64,000 nt of DNA, taken from positions 160,395-224,394 of the forward strand of contig CAYTVL010000005.1 in the NCBI GenBank assembly GCA_964441775.1, in the 5' to 3' direction. Source of the stretch: an uncultured Enterobacteriaceae bacterium (lineage in GTDB: Bacteria; Desulfobacterota; Binatia; Bin18). The notes under the pieces were generated by a model. It was not told the origin of the DNA, did not search any database, and saw only the letters and a program-made list of their open reading frames with translations. The position numbers and the translations under genes were made by a program. This document shows positions 54,983 through 64,000 of the stretch, piece after piece (position 1 is the first letter of the stretch; each line of letters opens with the position of its first letter).

Positions 54983-56121
54983 GCTGCCTCCTTTGCACGA
55001 GCAGCAAACTGCGCCGCGATCACGCGTTGGTAGTCCGCGATGCGCTCATTTGCGGAGAACCGCGTCGCCAACGCGTCCACCCCTCCTCTGACCACTTCGT
55101 TGAGTCGTTCAGCAGACAACGTACGCAGCACACGTAAGCGTTCGGCGAGACTCAAGGCGTCGTTGGCGTGAAAATGAAACCCGGACACTCCCTCTTGAAT
55201 CAAAGCTGCAGCGCCGCCGCTATCCGGGGCCAACACCGGCACGCCTGCGGCAAAGGCTTCCACAATAGCAAGCCCAAACGGTTCGACTGGACAGCAATGT
55301 ACTAACAGATCGCTCGCGACAAGTTCCTCTTCCACCTTCCGTGTAAAGCCGACAAACGTCACATTGGGATGATGGCGTGCGGCGCGCACCTGCAACCGTT
55401 CTGCGTCCCAGCCGGTTCCCAGAATGCGGAAAGACAGCGACCGAAGATCTGGAGCGAGGTCAATCGCGTCGAGTAACAGATCCACTCGTTTGAGCGGATC
55501 GAGTCGAGAGATCATCAGCACGCGCTCAATGCCTGAACGAGTAAAAGGGGCGCGTCGTTTCGCAGCAAGGACCTGCGGCGTAGGAAGAAAATTCTCGATC
55601 ACTTCGATGCGGTGAGCGGGCACGCCGTGAGCGATCAAGCGAGCTTTCACAAAATTGGAGACCGCGACAAATACCACGTCCGCGCGCTTCAACCAGCGCT
55701 TACGGCCATAACTTTGCGTTTCCTCGGAGCCGCCATGCACGAGGTGCAGATGCGCCACGTCGCGCCGATACAACAGATTCCACGCTAGTAGGATAAGGGA
55801 GTGCACGACCCCAGTAGCAATAAAGGCGAAGCGACGATGTCGCGCTAAGACGGACCGAAGAAGCGCGGCAAACTCGCACTCCGAAGCAAACGATAAACTG
55901 TTGACGCCGTAAAGAGGAGCCTCAGCATGGATGGGACCGGGCGGGGCCAGCAACACCGGGCTACAGGTATTGCTCATCTCGACGAGCGTCGCGAGCGCCA
56001 TCCGTTCCGTCCCGTACAGGTTTCCACTGTGTAGCGCGTACAGCAGGGGCGTTTTTCCGTTTGTCGGTCCACAGCCAACGGGCCAGCAACCCGGACGGCT
56101 CTTGTCTTTCCCCGGTTTCAT
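54979..56121 (-). CDS. GT4 glycosyltransferase (start uncertain; the reading frame overlaps the 3' end of the Wzc-like gene)
   Basis: GT4 N-terminus ...LLYALHSGNLYGTERMA... and C-terminal VEPFGLAIVEAFAAGVPVLA. The nearest in-frame ATG upstream of the conserved N-terminus is at 56121 (160-nt overlap with the Wzc-like gene); alternative ATGs at 56001/55977 would truncate the conserved N-terminus. Confidence 0.6.
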   Translation of the reverse strand: MKPGKDKSRPGCWPVGCGPTNGKTPLLYALHSGNLYGTERMALATLVEMSNTCSPVLLAPPGPIHAEAPLYGVNSLSFASECEFAALLRSVLARHRRFAFIATGVVHSLILLAWNLLYRRDVAHLHLVHGGSEETQSYGRKRWLKRADVVFVAVSNFVKARLIAHGVPAHRIEVIENFLPTPQVLAAKRRAPFTRSGIERVLMISRLDPLKRVDLLLDAIDLAPDLRSLSFRILGTGWDAERLQVRAARHHPNVTFVGFTRKVEEELVASDLLVHCCPVEPFGLAIVEAFAAGVPVLAPDSGGAAALIQEGVSGFHFHANDALSLAERLRVLRTLSAERLNEVVRGGVDALATRFSANERIADYQRVIAAQFAARAKEAA

Positions 56122-58234
56122 ATTCTTTGAGTAAATCCGCGAAGTACCCGCCAGCGCCGAAAATGCGCACGCGATTGACAATGAAGCCCACCACGGATGG
56201 GGCGAGCCGTTCGAGCAGCTTCGCCGCGCGTCGCACTTCTCCGACCGACACACTTTCGGCTCCGATGACGAGAAACGTCGCGTCAGCAATGCCGGTGAAC
56301 AACTCGGCGTCAGCCGACAGTAGGATCGGCGGCGTATCGAAGAGAAGGAGGTCATACCGTTCGCTGAGGGTCTGGAGCAGGCTCAGGAAGTGGCTGCCGG
56401 TGGATAAATGCCGCCCTTCGGTGATGTCTCCGATGGGAAGGCGGTCAGGCAAGGAAGCGTCGCTTGGCACGATTGCGTCAGCCACGGAGCCCTCTCCAGC
56501 CAACACGCCGACCACACCGAGAGTTTTTCCCACGCCCCCTTTGTAGCGCGCGTCCGGCTTAAAGGCGTTCAACTCTACGGCAATCGTACGCACCCCAATA
56601 TTCCCCAGCGCCCGCGCCAGCTCCAGGGTCATTTGACTGGCGCCGCCGCCGGGTTTCACCGAGGTCAAAGCAAAACGGCGGGTGTTGTGAGCGCGGCGCT
56701 CGCGATCCAAGGCTAACGCTAACCGCCGCAGTTGATCGATGGCAAATCCTCTGGTCTGTGCATCGTGCTGTTCAAGGATCCACCCCACGGCTGAATACCC
56801 CACCGCTTGTTCCGCTTCAAACGGCGTCCGAATACGATCGTCAAAGTAATCAATCGCAACAGCGGCCCCGGCGCTGACGACCCCGGCGACACCCAGCAAG
56901 ATCACCAGGAGTTTCGTGCGCCCTCCTTTAGTTGGCTCCTCAGGGGCTCGCGCCGGAGACACCAGACGAACGAAGCCCGGCGCTTTTGATTCGAGTGAGA
57001 TAAAGTCAAGACGATCATCGATAGCGTCCAACTGTTTGCGCGAACGCTCGATTTCGCCGCGCAGCGTGAGCGCCTCGTTATACCGAGTAGAAAACCACGC
57101 GACATTGGTTTTCTGATGATCAACCTCGGCGGTGAGTGCGACTTCAATACTTTTCGCTTGTTCTACTTCTTCCCGCGTCCGCGCGCGCTCTTCCGCGAGA
57201 GCCGTCTCACGTTTTTGCCGCAAGGTGCTGAGGATGCGTTTGAAGATCGCCTCAGTCCCTGTCGTCAATTTCGCGTCGAGATCGGCAATATCATGTTCAA
57301 TTTTCGCCCGTCCCGGATGCTCTTCGGCCAGTCCGTTCAGTTTTGCGACGAGCGTGTTGCGCCGTTGCGCCGTCAGCGTATTGAGATCACCGAGTCCCCG
57401 ATCATTGGCGGTCATTTCACGGGCGACGGATTCGAGCTCCAGCGCCTGCTGTTGCTTTTGTCGTTCCTCGAGCGCGTTGAACTTGGCCTCCGCCTTCATC
57501 CGCCGGCGCCGCGCGGCGGCCAGCGCATTACTCCCGTCGATCAAGGCTTTATCGTACGGATTGAGAAATTTGTCCTCGAAGGCCGCGAGCCCTAGCTCTT
57601 GCCCGATCGCGGTTTGCCGCTCCACCGCGTTCTGAATCTCCCCAAGTAGCTCTTGTCGGCGTTGTCGGAGATTCGCCACGCGAATATCACTGCCAAAAAA
57701 CTCTTCGCTCTTTTGTCTCTCAAGGTAGACATTGACAACAGTATTCACAGTCTCCGCCAACCCGACGGGAGCGAGTCCTTCCAATGCGACGGACACGAGG
57801 TAAGTGTCCTCGATGGGCTCTACATCGAACGATGCGATGAGCTGCTCCGTGGCCCGTCGCTCCGTCTCCTCCGGTTTTTGCCAGACCGAGCGTTGGTCCC
57901 CTAAGCGCTTGAGCCCCTCCTCGACGACATCGTAGCGGGTGATGGTCCGTACTTGTTGGCGTACGAACTCACGATATTGCGAGCCGGACTGAATGTCCAG
58001 TTCACTATCTTGGCTGAGGTTCTTAGCGAAGCGCGGTGACACCTGAATAGTCGCCTCGGTCCGATAAATAGGATGTCCTTTCAGCCAGACGATCGGCAAC
58101 CCTAATAGTAAGAGCACCCCGGCAAGGAGCAAGACCACGCAAGGATGGCGCTTGACGCTGGCAAGCGGTTTAATGATGCGGGGCTGTACGGTCACTGTAC
58201 GCCCAAGCGTTGTTGCCGAAGCAGCGCCACTCAT
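55961..58234 (-). CDS. polysaccharide co-polymerase / BY-kinase-like protein (Wzc/ExoP/GumC family) with a degenerate Walker A motif
   Basis: N-terminal TM, Wzz-like periplasmic domain, long coiled coil, second TM, then a cytoplasmic P-loop-like domain with Walker B DTPP present but Walker A SVKPGGGAS (the Lys and Ser/Thr of GKS/T are missing). No C-terminal Tyr cluster. Confidence 0.65.
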   Translation of the reverse strand: MSGAASATTLGRTVTVQPRIIKPLASVKRHPCVVLLLAGVLLLLGLPIVWLKGHPIYRTEATIQVSPRFAKNLSQDSELDIQSGSQYREFVRQQVRTITRYDVVEEGLKRLGDQRSVWQKPEETERRATEQLIASFDVEPIEDTYLVSVALEGLAPVGLAETVNTVVNVYLERQKSEEFFGSDIRVANLRQRRQELLGEIQNAVERQTAIGQELGLAAFEDKFLNPYDKALIDGSNALAAARRRRMKAEAKFNALEERQKQQQALELESVAREMTANDRGLGDLNTLTAQRRNTLVAKLNGLAEEHPGRAKIEHDIADLDAKLTTGTEAIFKRILSTLRQKRETALAEERARTREEVEQAKSIEVALTAEVDHQKTNVAWFSTRYNEALTLRGEIERSRKQLDAIDDRLDFISLESKAPGFVRLVSPARAPEEPTKGGRTKLLVILLGVAGVVSAGAAVAIDYFDDRIRTPFEAEQAVGYSAVGWILEQHDAQTRGFAIDQLRRLALALDRERRAHNTRRFALTSVKPGGGASQMTLELARALGNIGVRTIAVELNAFKPDARYKGGVGKTLGVVGVLAGEGSVADAIVPSDASLPDRLPIGDITEGRHLSTGSHFLSLLQTLSERYDLLLFDTPPILLSADAELFTGIADATFLVIGAESVSVGEVRRAAKLLERLAPSVVGFIVNRVRIFGAGGYFADLLKEYETGERQEPSGLLARWLWTDKRKNAPAVRATQWKPVRDGTDGARDARRDEQYL

Positions 58235-59841
58235 GCCGTCACCGTCCTACGATGTGCGCAGAACATGCCAAATCGCTGTCGGAGAAAGCTCAACAGCCAC
58301 TGCTGTTCCTCGGCAGAACAGACGTACCGATACACCACAAAGCCGAGAATGACGCCATATACGCAGCCCGCGCCCCCAAGCAGGACAATCGCAATGGGGC
58401 GATAGGAGAAAAACACCAGTGAAGAGAACGGCGACACCACCGAGAACGCGACCAGGTAGGGCAATATCCCAGGGAGCGCCACCTCCGTCAGATATTCACG
58501 CCAAGACACATTGAGGAGGCGGTTGGCCCGCCGGATAAAGAGGCTAGCGGATACGACCGTCGCCACGGCGACAGCCGCGCCAATAGCCTTGACCGACCAT
58601 ACCCCGAGCAGAAGAAACGAAAGCGGCACAGCCATCAATAAGAACAGCATATTCGGAATCGCGTAAAAGAATTCTTCCATAGGCCGCCCCAATCCCTTGA
58701 AAATCGCGGTTCCTGGCCCCGTCAATAAATGAATCTGCGTGGACACGGCAAACATGATGAGTAAGAGCCCGGCCCCAGGGTGGTTCTTTCCCAGCCAACA
58801 GCGCAGGATAGCCGCTGGGGCGGCCACCAACGGCCCGGTCACCACCGCCGTCGATAGATTCATGTAGCGCGCGCCTTTGAGATACAGACGTTTCATTTTC
58901 CGCCGCGCCTCTTCCATATTTTCCGTAAGTCCACTCTGTAAATACGCCGCCGCCGGCACGAAAGAGGAAAGAAAAGCGCTGGGCACGAGTGAGGCCATAG
59001 ACGGAAGTTTTTTACTAAGTTCGATTACTCCGGCGGCTCGCAAACCGACCAGAGAGACCGCTAAGGTCCGGTCAATCGAACTCAAGACAATCGCAATAAG
59101 CCCAAGGAATTGGACGACGCCGCCAAAAGACACGAGCTTCCGCAACGCTTCGGAGGAGCACAGCGACGGCGAGATGCGCAGCCAGGGCAACTGACGAAAA
59201 GCGATCAAGGCGGAGAGACTGATCTCGATCACCGTGCGAATGACAAACGCTTCCGCCATGCCGCGAATGCCGCGCCCCAAGCCGACAAGCACGACAATCA
59301 GCACGGTCTCCACCGCATACGCCACGACCCAAATTTTCTGGACCGTCGCCAACTGTTGCGCGCCAGTCAACGCATCACCAAAGGCGGAAAGCGCCAGTGA
59401 CAGCAGAAAAATGGCGACGATCAAGAACACGACTTCACGCGCGTCGTTCATGAGCGGCGGCGGAATCTCAATCCAGGTCAGGATCCACGACCACTCTAGG
59501 AATAACCCGGCGAGTAACAGCAGACACACACAAGAAGTGACGAACAACCCGGTGGACAAGAGAGCGTTCGCTCGCCGATAATCCCCTGAGGCGACGTAGC
59601 TGGCGATATATTTGACGTAGACATTGGAAATGCCAAACGTGGAAACGCCAAGGTACGACACCAAGACAAAGGCGGCGGACCACAACCCATAGGCTTCCAA
59701 TCCCACGCGGGTCAATACGAACGGCGGAATAAAAAAGCGCGAGACTAGATAGCCAACACGCGCGCAAATCGCGACCACCACATTGCGCGAAAGGGAACGC
59801 TGGACGGTCTCTGTCAGATGATTCGTGCTAAGAACCGCCAT
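58231..59841 (-). CDS. oligosaccharide/polysaccharide flippase (Wzx, MOP superfamily)
   Basis: ~14 TM helices with MATE-like Wzx topology. Overlaps the Wzc-like gene start by 4 nt. Confidence 0.7.
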   Translation of the reverse strand: MAVLSTNHLTETVQRSLSRNVVVAICARVGYLVSRFFIPPFVLTRVGLEAYGLWSAAFVLVSYLGVSTFGISNVYVKYIASYVASGDYRRANALLSTGLFVTSCVCLLLLAGLFLEWSWILTWIEIPPPLMNDAREVVFLIVAIFLLSLALSAFGDALTGAQQLATVQKIWVVAYAVETVLIVVLVGLGRGIRGMAEAFVIRTVIEISLSALIAFRQLPWLRISPSLCSSEALRKLVSFGGVVQFLGLIAIVLSSIDRTLAVSLVGLRAAGVIELSKKLPSMASLVPSAFLSSFVPAAAYLQSGLTENMEEARRKMKRLYLKGARYMNLSTAVVTGPLVAAPAAILRCWLGKNHPGAGLLLIMFAVSTQIHLLTGPGTAIFKGLGRPMEEFFYAIPNMLFLLMAVPLSFLLLGVWSVKAIGAAVAVATVVSASLFIRRANRLLNVSWREYLTEVALPGILPYLVAFSVVSPFSSLVFFSYRPIAIVLLGGAGCVYGVILGFVVYRYVCSAEEQQWLLSFLRQRFGMFCAHRRTVTA

Positions 59842-59844
59842 ACT

Positions 59845-60825
59845 TTATTTAAAGGCCGTGGCTAAGAAGAAGAATGAAAGAAACGGATTCAACTTCTGGA
59901 TAACATAACCAACTTCAGCAATTCCGCGTTTCGGGAGATACACCACATCGCCCTCTTCCAAAGCTACATTGTGTGGGAGGCCCGGGCGAAGGAACTCGGA
60001 GAGTTGTAATTCTCGGTTCTCATCCTTCCCAGGACGGATCAAGCGCACCACGCCGGGCACGGCGTCTTCCGTGGCCCCGCCGGCTTGCGAGAGGGCGTCG
60101 AGCAGAGACATTTCCGGCGTGAGACGATAGGCTCCGGGTTTTTTCACCTCACCTAAGATATAGATGGGCGTGTCCCCGGAATCCGGCACATAGACAAGGT
60201 CCTGCGGTCGGAGCCGCAAATTCAACGAAGGGTCGGTCCCGGAGAGCAAGCCCTTCAGATCAACCCACGCAATCCGATCGCGACCACGGATGATTGCACA
60301 ACGTGTGAGCAATTGTTGTTTATCAAGAATGGGCAGCCCACCCGCCCGCGCCAACGCTTCCAGCAGCGTCGGCATCGTCTCAAAATGCACGATGCCGGGA
60401 TTGGTCACGCGGCCTAACACAACGACGCGGTTAGCCACATACTGTTCCACACGCACGGAGACAACCAAATCCAAATAGTAATGGGACAGCGCCTCAGCGA
60501 TAAGTTTGGCGGCGCCTTCGCGCTCATATCCGGCCAGCCGCACCGGCCCGGCAATCGGTAAGGACACTCGCCCATCGGGGCCGATCAGATGTCGTCCAGA
60601 GAGTTCCGGACGGTCCCAGATGTCGATGGTAATTTCGTCCCCTTCGCCAAGTCGATAGACGCCTCCAGCCTCAGTCTCAAACTGCATTAAAAAATCATGA
60701 CCCGCCGGAGCAGTTTTCTCTTTCTCCGCGGGACGAAACCCCAGACGGGAGAGTTCGGCAATGGACGGAGAAGCAACGGGGCGCGCTGTGCAACCCGCAG
60801 CTCCCACCAACGCCAACACGACCAT
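59845..60825 (-). CDS. polysaccharide export outer-membrane lipoprotein (Wza/GumB/KpsD family; Poly_export + SLBB domains)
   Basis: Lipobox LVGAAGC; Poly_export motif (GEGDEITIDIW...IGPDGRVSLP), then SLBB repeats. Start taken at M37 of the ORF-track frame. Confidence 0.75.
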   Translation of the reverse strand: MVVLALVGAAGCTARPVASPSIAELSRLGFRPAEKEKTAPAGHDFLMQFETEAGGVYRLGEGDEITIDIWDRPELSGRHLIGPDGRVSLPIAGPVRLAGYEREGAAKLIAEALSHYYLDLVVSVRVEQYVANRVVVLGRVTNPGIVHFETMPTLLEALARAGGLPILDKQQLLTRCAIIRGRDRIAWVDLKGLLSGTDPSLNLRLRPQDLVYVPDSGDTPIYILGEVKKPGAYRLTPEMSLLDALSQAGGATEDAVPGVVRLIRPGKDENRELQLSEFLRPGLPHNVALEEGDVVYLPKRGIAEVGYVIQKLNPFLSFFFLATAFK

Positions 60826-61043
60826 GAGTCGCCAAGCCGTGGTCTTCCAGGCGGCGCGGCAGCCGCGGGCGCATGGCGCTTTTTTCTCTACATCATTTAA
60901 GAGTTTTTTCGTGAGAGCCGTTTCCACTAACATCCTCGAAGGAAAGAAAAAGGGAGGCTCAGTCGCACCTGCAGAGAGAGATCTAGGCCCCTCTCTGGTT
61001 TCAGCAAATTGCCTGCCAGTAGGAAGATGGGGAAATTGCAGCG

Positions 61044-62057
61044 CTATAACAGCACTTGTCGTGGAGACGTGTTAGAAGACCAACGCTGAGCGTCAGATTT
61101 TTGACTGCTGCCCCACAGGCGCTCCCGGAGCACTCTGAGCAGAAAAAGCGGGTTTCCAAGAACGTAGCGTTTCCACATCCGTCGCGGCTCTTGATAGAGA
61201 CGATAGAGCCACTCACCGCCTCGGCTTCGCACCCACAACGGTGCGCGGGGTATGCGACCGGAGTAAAAATCGAAGAGTCCCCCGACTCCCATCGCCACAG
61301 TCACTCCCAGTTCGGTCAGATGTCGATGAATCCACACGTCTTGGACCGGCGCGCCGAGAGCGACGAAAAGTAATCGCGCGCCCGAGTGCACGATTTGGCG
61401 AATCACAAGATGTTCCTCTTCCGGAGAGAAATAGCCATGCCGCACGCCGCTCACCCGCGCCCGAGGATAATGCAGCTCAATCCACTTGCGCGTCTGTTCC
61501 GCCACTCCGGGCTGACCGCCAAACAAAAAGATCCCAGCGTCACTTTCTTCCAGCGCGGCGCATAGCAGCGGGAACATGTCTGTGCCGTTGACGTTATGGG
61601 TGATCTGGCGGCCCAGCATTTTTCCGGCGATGCGCAGGCCAACGCCATCAGGGAAGCAAAACTTCGCGGCTTGCAGAACGCGAAAATACTCAGGATCTCG
61701 ACAGGCTAAATTTACACAATGGGCATTCACAAAACACACATGGCTCGGCTGCTCAGCGTACAGTCGCTCCATCACCGCCATAATTGACTCTTCCATCGAG
61801 GAAGTATTGAGGGGAAGGCCCAGAAGAAAAGTGCGTGGTAAGGAGAGAAATCTTTCAGTCTCGGAAAAAGTGGCAAGTTGCTCAGAGGGCAATTGGAGGT
61901 GAGACGCGTATTGTGAATCGGCAACTTCTCGTGGGGAAGTGGGAGGCATGAGATACTCTTTCGCTTCGGCTTCTCGTTGACGTTGCATCTGAACTACGGG
62001 AGACGAATTCCTCACGGCAGCAACTGCTCGGACTGTAGCTGCACCTAAGGACTCCAT
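61044..62057 (-). CDS. WecB/TagA/CpsF-family glycosyltransferase (GT26)
   Basis: CFVNAHCVN...FPDGVG...LFGGQPGVAE...FVALGAPVQDVW...G.GG.FDF GT26 core. The start is uncertain among the Met codons at 62057/61988/61949. Confidence 0.75.
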   Translation of the reverse strand: MESLGAATVRAVAAVRNSSPVVQMQRQREAEAKEYLMPPTSPREVADSQYASHLQLPSEQLATFSETERFLSLPRTFLLGLPLNTSSMEESIMAVMERLYAEQPSHVCFVNAHCVNLACRDPEYFRVLQAAKFCFPDGVGLRIAGKMLGRQITHNVNGTDMFPLLCAALEESDAGIFLFGGQPGVAEQTRKWIELHYPRARVSGVRHGYFSPEEEHLVIRQIVHSGARLLFVALGAPVQDVWIHRHLTELGVTVAMGVGGLFDFYSGRIPRAPLWVRSRGGEWLYRLYQEPRRMWKRYVLGNPLFLLRVLRERLWGSSQKSDAQRWSSNTSPRQVLL

Positions 62058-62186
62058 GCTTTCGCCTCCATTCTACATTACGTCACTGACCAAGAGCGAA
62101 TCGGCGTGGGCTGGGCTGACTTTAACGGGAAAGTCAAGTTGACAGCACGAAAGGCGCCCGATTGAGCCAGCCGGAGTCCTCGCGTT

Positions 62187-62945
62187 ATGATGCAGCTCAT
62201 CTTGCAGCTCAAACTCACCCTTGAATACGACGGCGCGCAGTACAATGGCTGGCAATTGCAGCGTAACGCCCCCACCGTGCAAGGCGCCGTTGAAGCGGCG
62301 TTGCAGCGCTTGTTGAACCAAGCCGTGCGCGTGCGCGTCGCTGGCCGCACCGACACCGGCGTACACGCGCTTGGTCAGGTGGTTGCTTTTCCTCTGGAGA
62401 GGGAGATCGAGTTGCCCCGCTTCCAGCGGAGCCTGAACGCAGTCCTACCGGAGGACATTGTCGTCAAACACCTTGAAAAAGTACCGGACTCCTTCAACCC
62501 GCGCCGTGATGCTGTGAGCCGCACGTACCAGTATCGCATTTGGCGACGCCCCTGGCGCTCGCCGTTATGGGCGCGTTCCTCCTGGCATGTGCCTTACCCG
62601 CTCGACGTTGAGGCAATGTCGCAAGCCGCGACGCTGGTTATTGGCGACCATGACTTCTCTTCCTTTCAAGGGTCTGATTCCGTCGAGCGTAATCCTCATC
62701 GCACCCTCTTTCGCAGCGAACTTCGACAAGAGGGTGATTTTCTCCTTTACGATGTAGAGGCCCGCTCTTTTCTCCGCCATATGGTGCGCAATATCGTCGG
62801 TACGTTGGTCGATGTGGGACGCGGCGCGTTGAGTGTTGAGGACTTTGCCTCTCTCCTTGCCGCCCGCGACCGCACCCGGGCTGGACTCAACGCCCCGCCC
62901 CAGGGCTTGTTTCTTGTCGAAGTAAAATACGGCTCAACGTTATGA
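62187..62945 (+). CDS. truA: tRNA pseudouridine(38-40) synthase
   Basis: LEYDGAQYNGWQ...RVAGRTDTGVHALGQV (catalytic Asp in RTDTGVHA) and C-terminal motifs; 252 aa. Confidence 0.9.
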   Translation: MMQLILQLKLTLEYDGAQYNGWQLQRNAPTVQGAVEAALQRLLNQAVRVRVAGRTDTGVHALGQVVAFPLEREIELPRFQRSLNAVLPEDIVVKHLEKVPDSFNPRRDAVSRTYQYRIWRRPWRSPLWARSSWHVPYPLDVEAMSQAATLVIGDHDFSSFQGSDSVERNPHRTLFRSELRQEGDFLLYDVEARSFLRHMVRNIVGTLVDVGRGALSVEDFASLLAARDRTRAGLNAPPQGLFLVEVKYGSTL

Positions 62946-62997
62946 AGTCTTCAAGTTATAAAGTCGTTAGGTCTTAAAATCATGAAGTAAGAAATAT

Positions 62998-63041
62998 CTG
63001 ACTTGTGACTTGACGACTGTAGTGATGACTTTTGACTTTTG
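62998..63041. repeat. 7-nt-periodic GACTT repeat tract (TGACTTG TGACTTG ACGACTG TAGTGAT GACTTTT GACTTTT) upstream of the MFS gene
   Basis: Direct reading. It lies in an unusually AT-rich 120-nt spacer after truA and shares GACTTGACGAC with 1403-1413. Confidence 0.6.
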
Positions 63042-63066
63042 TTTAATTCCCTGCCATGAAGAGCGT

Positions 63067-64000
63067 ATGCCATATTCAGAACAATCCTCTCGTTATGCCT
63101 TCTACGTCCTTGGCGTTCTTTTCTGCGTCAACGTTCTCAATTTGATCGATCGTCAAGTTGTCTACATCCTCTTTCCTCTGCTCAAAACAGAGCTGCAGCT
63201 CACTGACACTGAACTCGGAATGTTAGGCGCGCTGCCGTTCGCGCTATTCTACAGTTTTATGGGCATCCCCCTTGGTTGGTTAGCGGACCGTGGGCATCGA
63301 GTGCGGCTTATCACCATCGGGCTCACGGCCTGGAGTGGACTCACCACGTTATGCGGCATGACGCGTGGGTTTTGGTCGCTCTTCACCGTCCGTGTTGGGG
63401 TGGGCATTGGCGAGTCCTCTTGCGCCCCAGCCGCGCAAACGATTCTCAGTGATTATTTCCCACCGGCAAAGCGCTCGACCATTCTTGCGGCGTTCAACTG
63501 CGGAGTGCCGATCGGCCACGGGCTGGGCCTCTATCTCGGCGGAATTATCGCTCATCATTGGGGCTGGCGCTGGACGTTTTATGTGCTGGGCATCCCCGGT
63601 CTTCTCCTCGTCTTCTTGGTCTCCAGGCTCACAGAACCGGTGCGTGGCCAGATGGAAGATACGCCCCGGACAACATCGACAGAAGTCTCCTCGCACGCAC
63701 TCAAGCAACTGTGGCGCACTGTCCGCGCCAAGCCAGCACTCCGCTGGCACTATATCGCTATGGCTATCCTCGGCTTTTCCGTGAACGGTCCGGCAGTGTG
63801 GCTCCCCACGTTTTTGGTCCGCCTGCGTGGGTTCAGTGTGGAGACGGCGGGAGAGATCACCGGCATCAGTGCGATTATCGCCGGACTCACTGGCGGCTTT
63901 CTCGGTGGAGTCTTCGCGGATCGCTGGATGATCCGCCGCAAGAACGCTCGCATGTTTATTCTCGTGCTCCGCAGTTTTTTCGTCATCCCCTTCGTCTTAG
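63067..64000 (+). CDS. MFS transporter (partial, runs off the window end)
   Basis: ATG at 63067. Translation MPYSEQSSRYAFYVLGVLFCVNVLNLIDRQVVYILFPLLKTELQLTDTELGMLGALPFALFY... shows alternating TM helices and an MFS motif-A-like loop (GWLADRGHRVRLI). It is not in the ORF track because no stop lies within the window. Confidence 0.7.
   Translation, partial: MPYSEQSSRYAFYVLGVLFCVNVLNLIDRQVVYILFPLLKTELQLTDTELGMLGALPFALFYSFMGIPLGWLADRGHRVRLITIGLTAWSGLTTLCGMTRGFWSLFTVRVGVGIGESSCAPAAQTILSDYFPPAKRSTILAAFNCGVPIGHGLGLYLGGIIAHHWGWRWTFYVLGIPGLLLVFLVSRLTEPVRGQMEDTPRTTSTEVSSHALKQLWRTVRAKPALRWHYIAMAILGFSVNGPAVWLPTFLVRLRGFSVETAGEITGISAIIAGLTGGFLGGVFADRWMIRRKNARMFILVLRSFFVIPFVL

Overview
GC-rich bacterial chromosomal window, apparently from a Gram-negative organism (predicted outer-membrane porin and Wza-type exporter). 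It is mostly housekeeping and envelope genes, with no clear mobile element, CRISPR array or recognisable defence system.

Content from left to right:
- (1) rlmD, a GNAT acetyltransferase, tRNA-Pro(CGG), plsY, then a sigma54-driven glnB-glnA (PII / glutamine synthetase) pair with a strong terminator, followed by an SDR oxidoreductase, LMW phosphatase, CoA-binding protein, NUDIX hydrolase and a GFA-family protein.
- (2) A signalling/uptake island: an OprO/P-like porin, a short PstS-like periplasmic binding-domain protein coupled to a 4HB-PAS-PAS histidine kinase, a TlpA-like HxHCxC thioredoxin-fold membrane protein, a hybrid histidine kinase with two receiver domains, then convergent cstA.
- (3) A minus-strand branched-chain amino-acid/phospholipid operon, ilvN-ilvC-psd-pssA-[Leu-rich mini-ORF + two terminators]-leuA-leuB, followed by a small membrane protein and a SAM methyltransferase.
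- (4) Minus-strand EF-G, coaX, birA, nadC, valS and tRNA-Leu(CAG).
- (5) A tandem-Usp protein, a SAT-like acetyltransferase, a polyprenol-phosphate GT2, a large conserved hypothetical protein, an LLM (possibly F420-dependent) oxidoreductase, an NHL-repeat protein and a D-aminoacylase.
- (6) A ~19 kb Wzx/Wzy-type polysaccharide cluster (PMT_2/ArnT-like GT, dual-domain GT2, secreted TIM-barrel hydrolase, 3 GT4, GT2, LbH acetyltransferase, Wzy-like, degenerate Wzc-like, Wzx, Wza, WecG), then truA and a partial MFS transporter at the window edge.

Several unusual sequence-level signals are not explained by the gene models:
- Perfect heptanucleotide tandem repeats (GGAACCT)5 are inserted in frame inside valS and at the 3' end of nadC, encoding QVPGSRF-type peptide repeats.
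- A further family of 7-nt-periodic GACTT repeats occurs in promoter regions.
- There are two copies of a nested REP-like palindromic element.
- There is a candidate leucine attenuator upstream of leuA.
- Several perfect palindromic operator-like sites are present.

None of these amounts to a demonstrable novel multi-gene system by inspection alone. The heptamer repeats within essential coding regions and the candidate leu attenuator are the most distinctive items.
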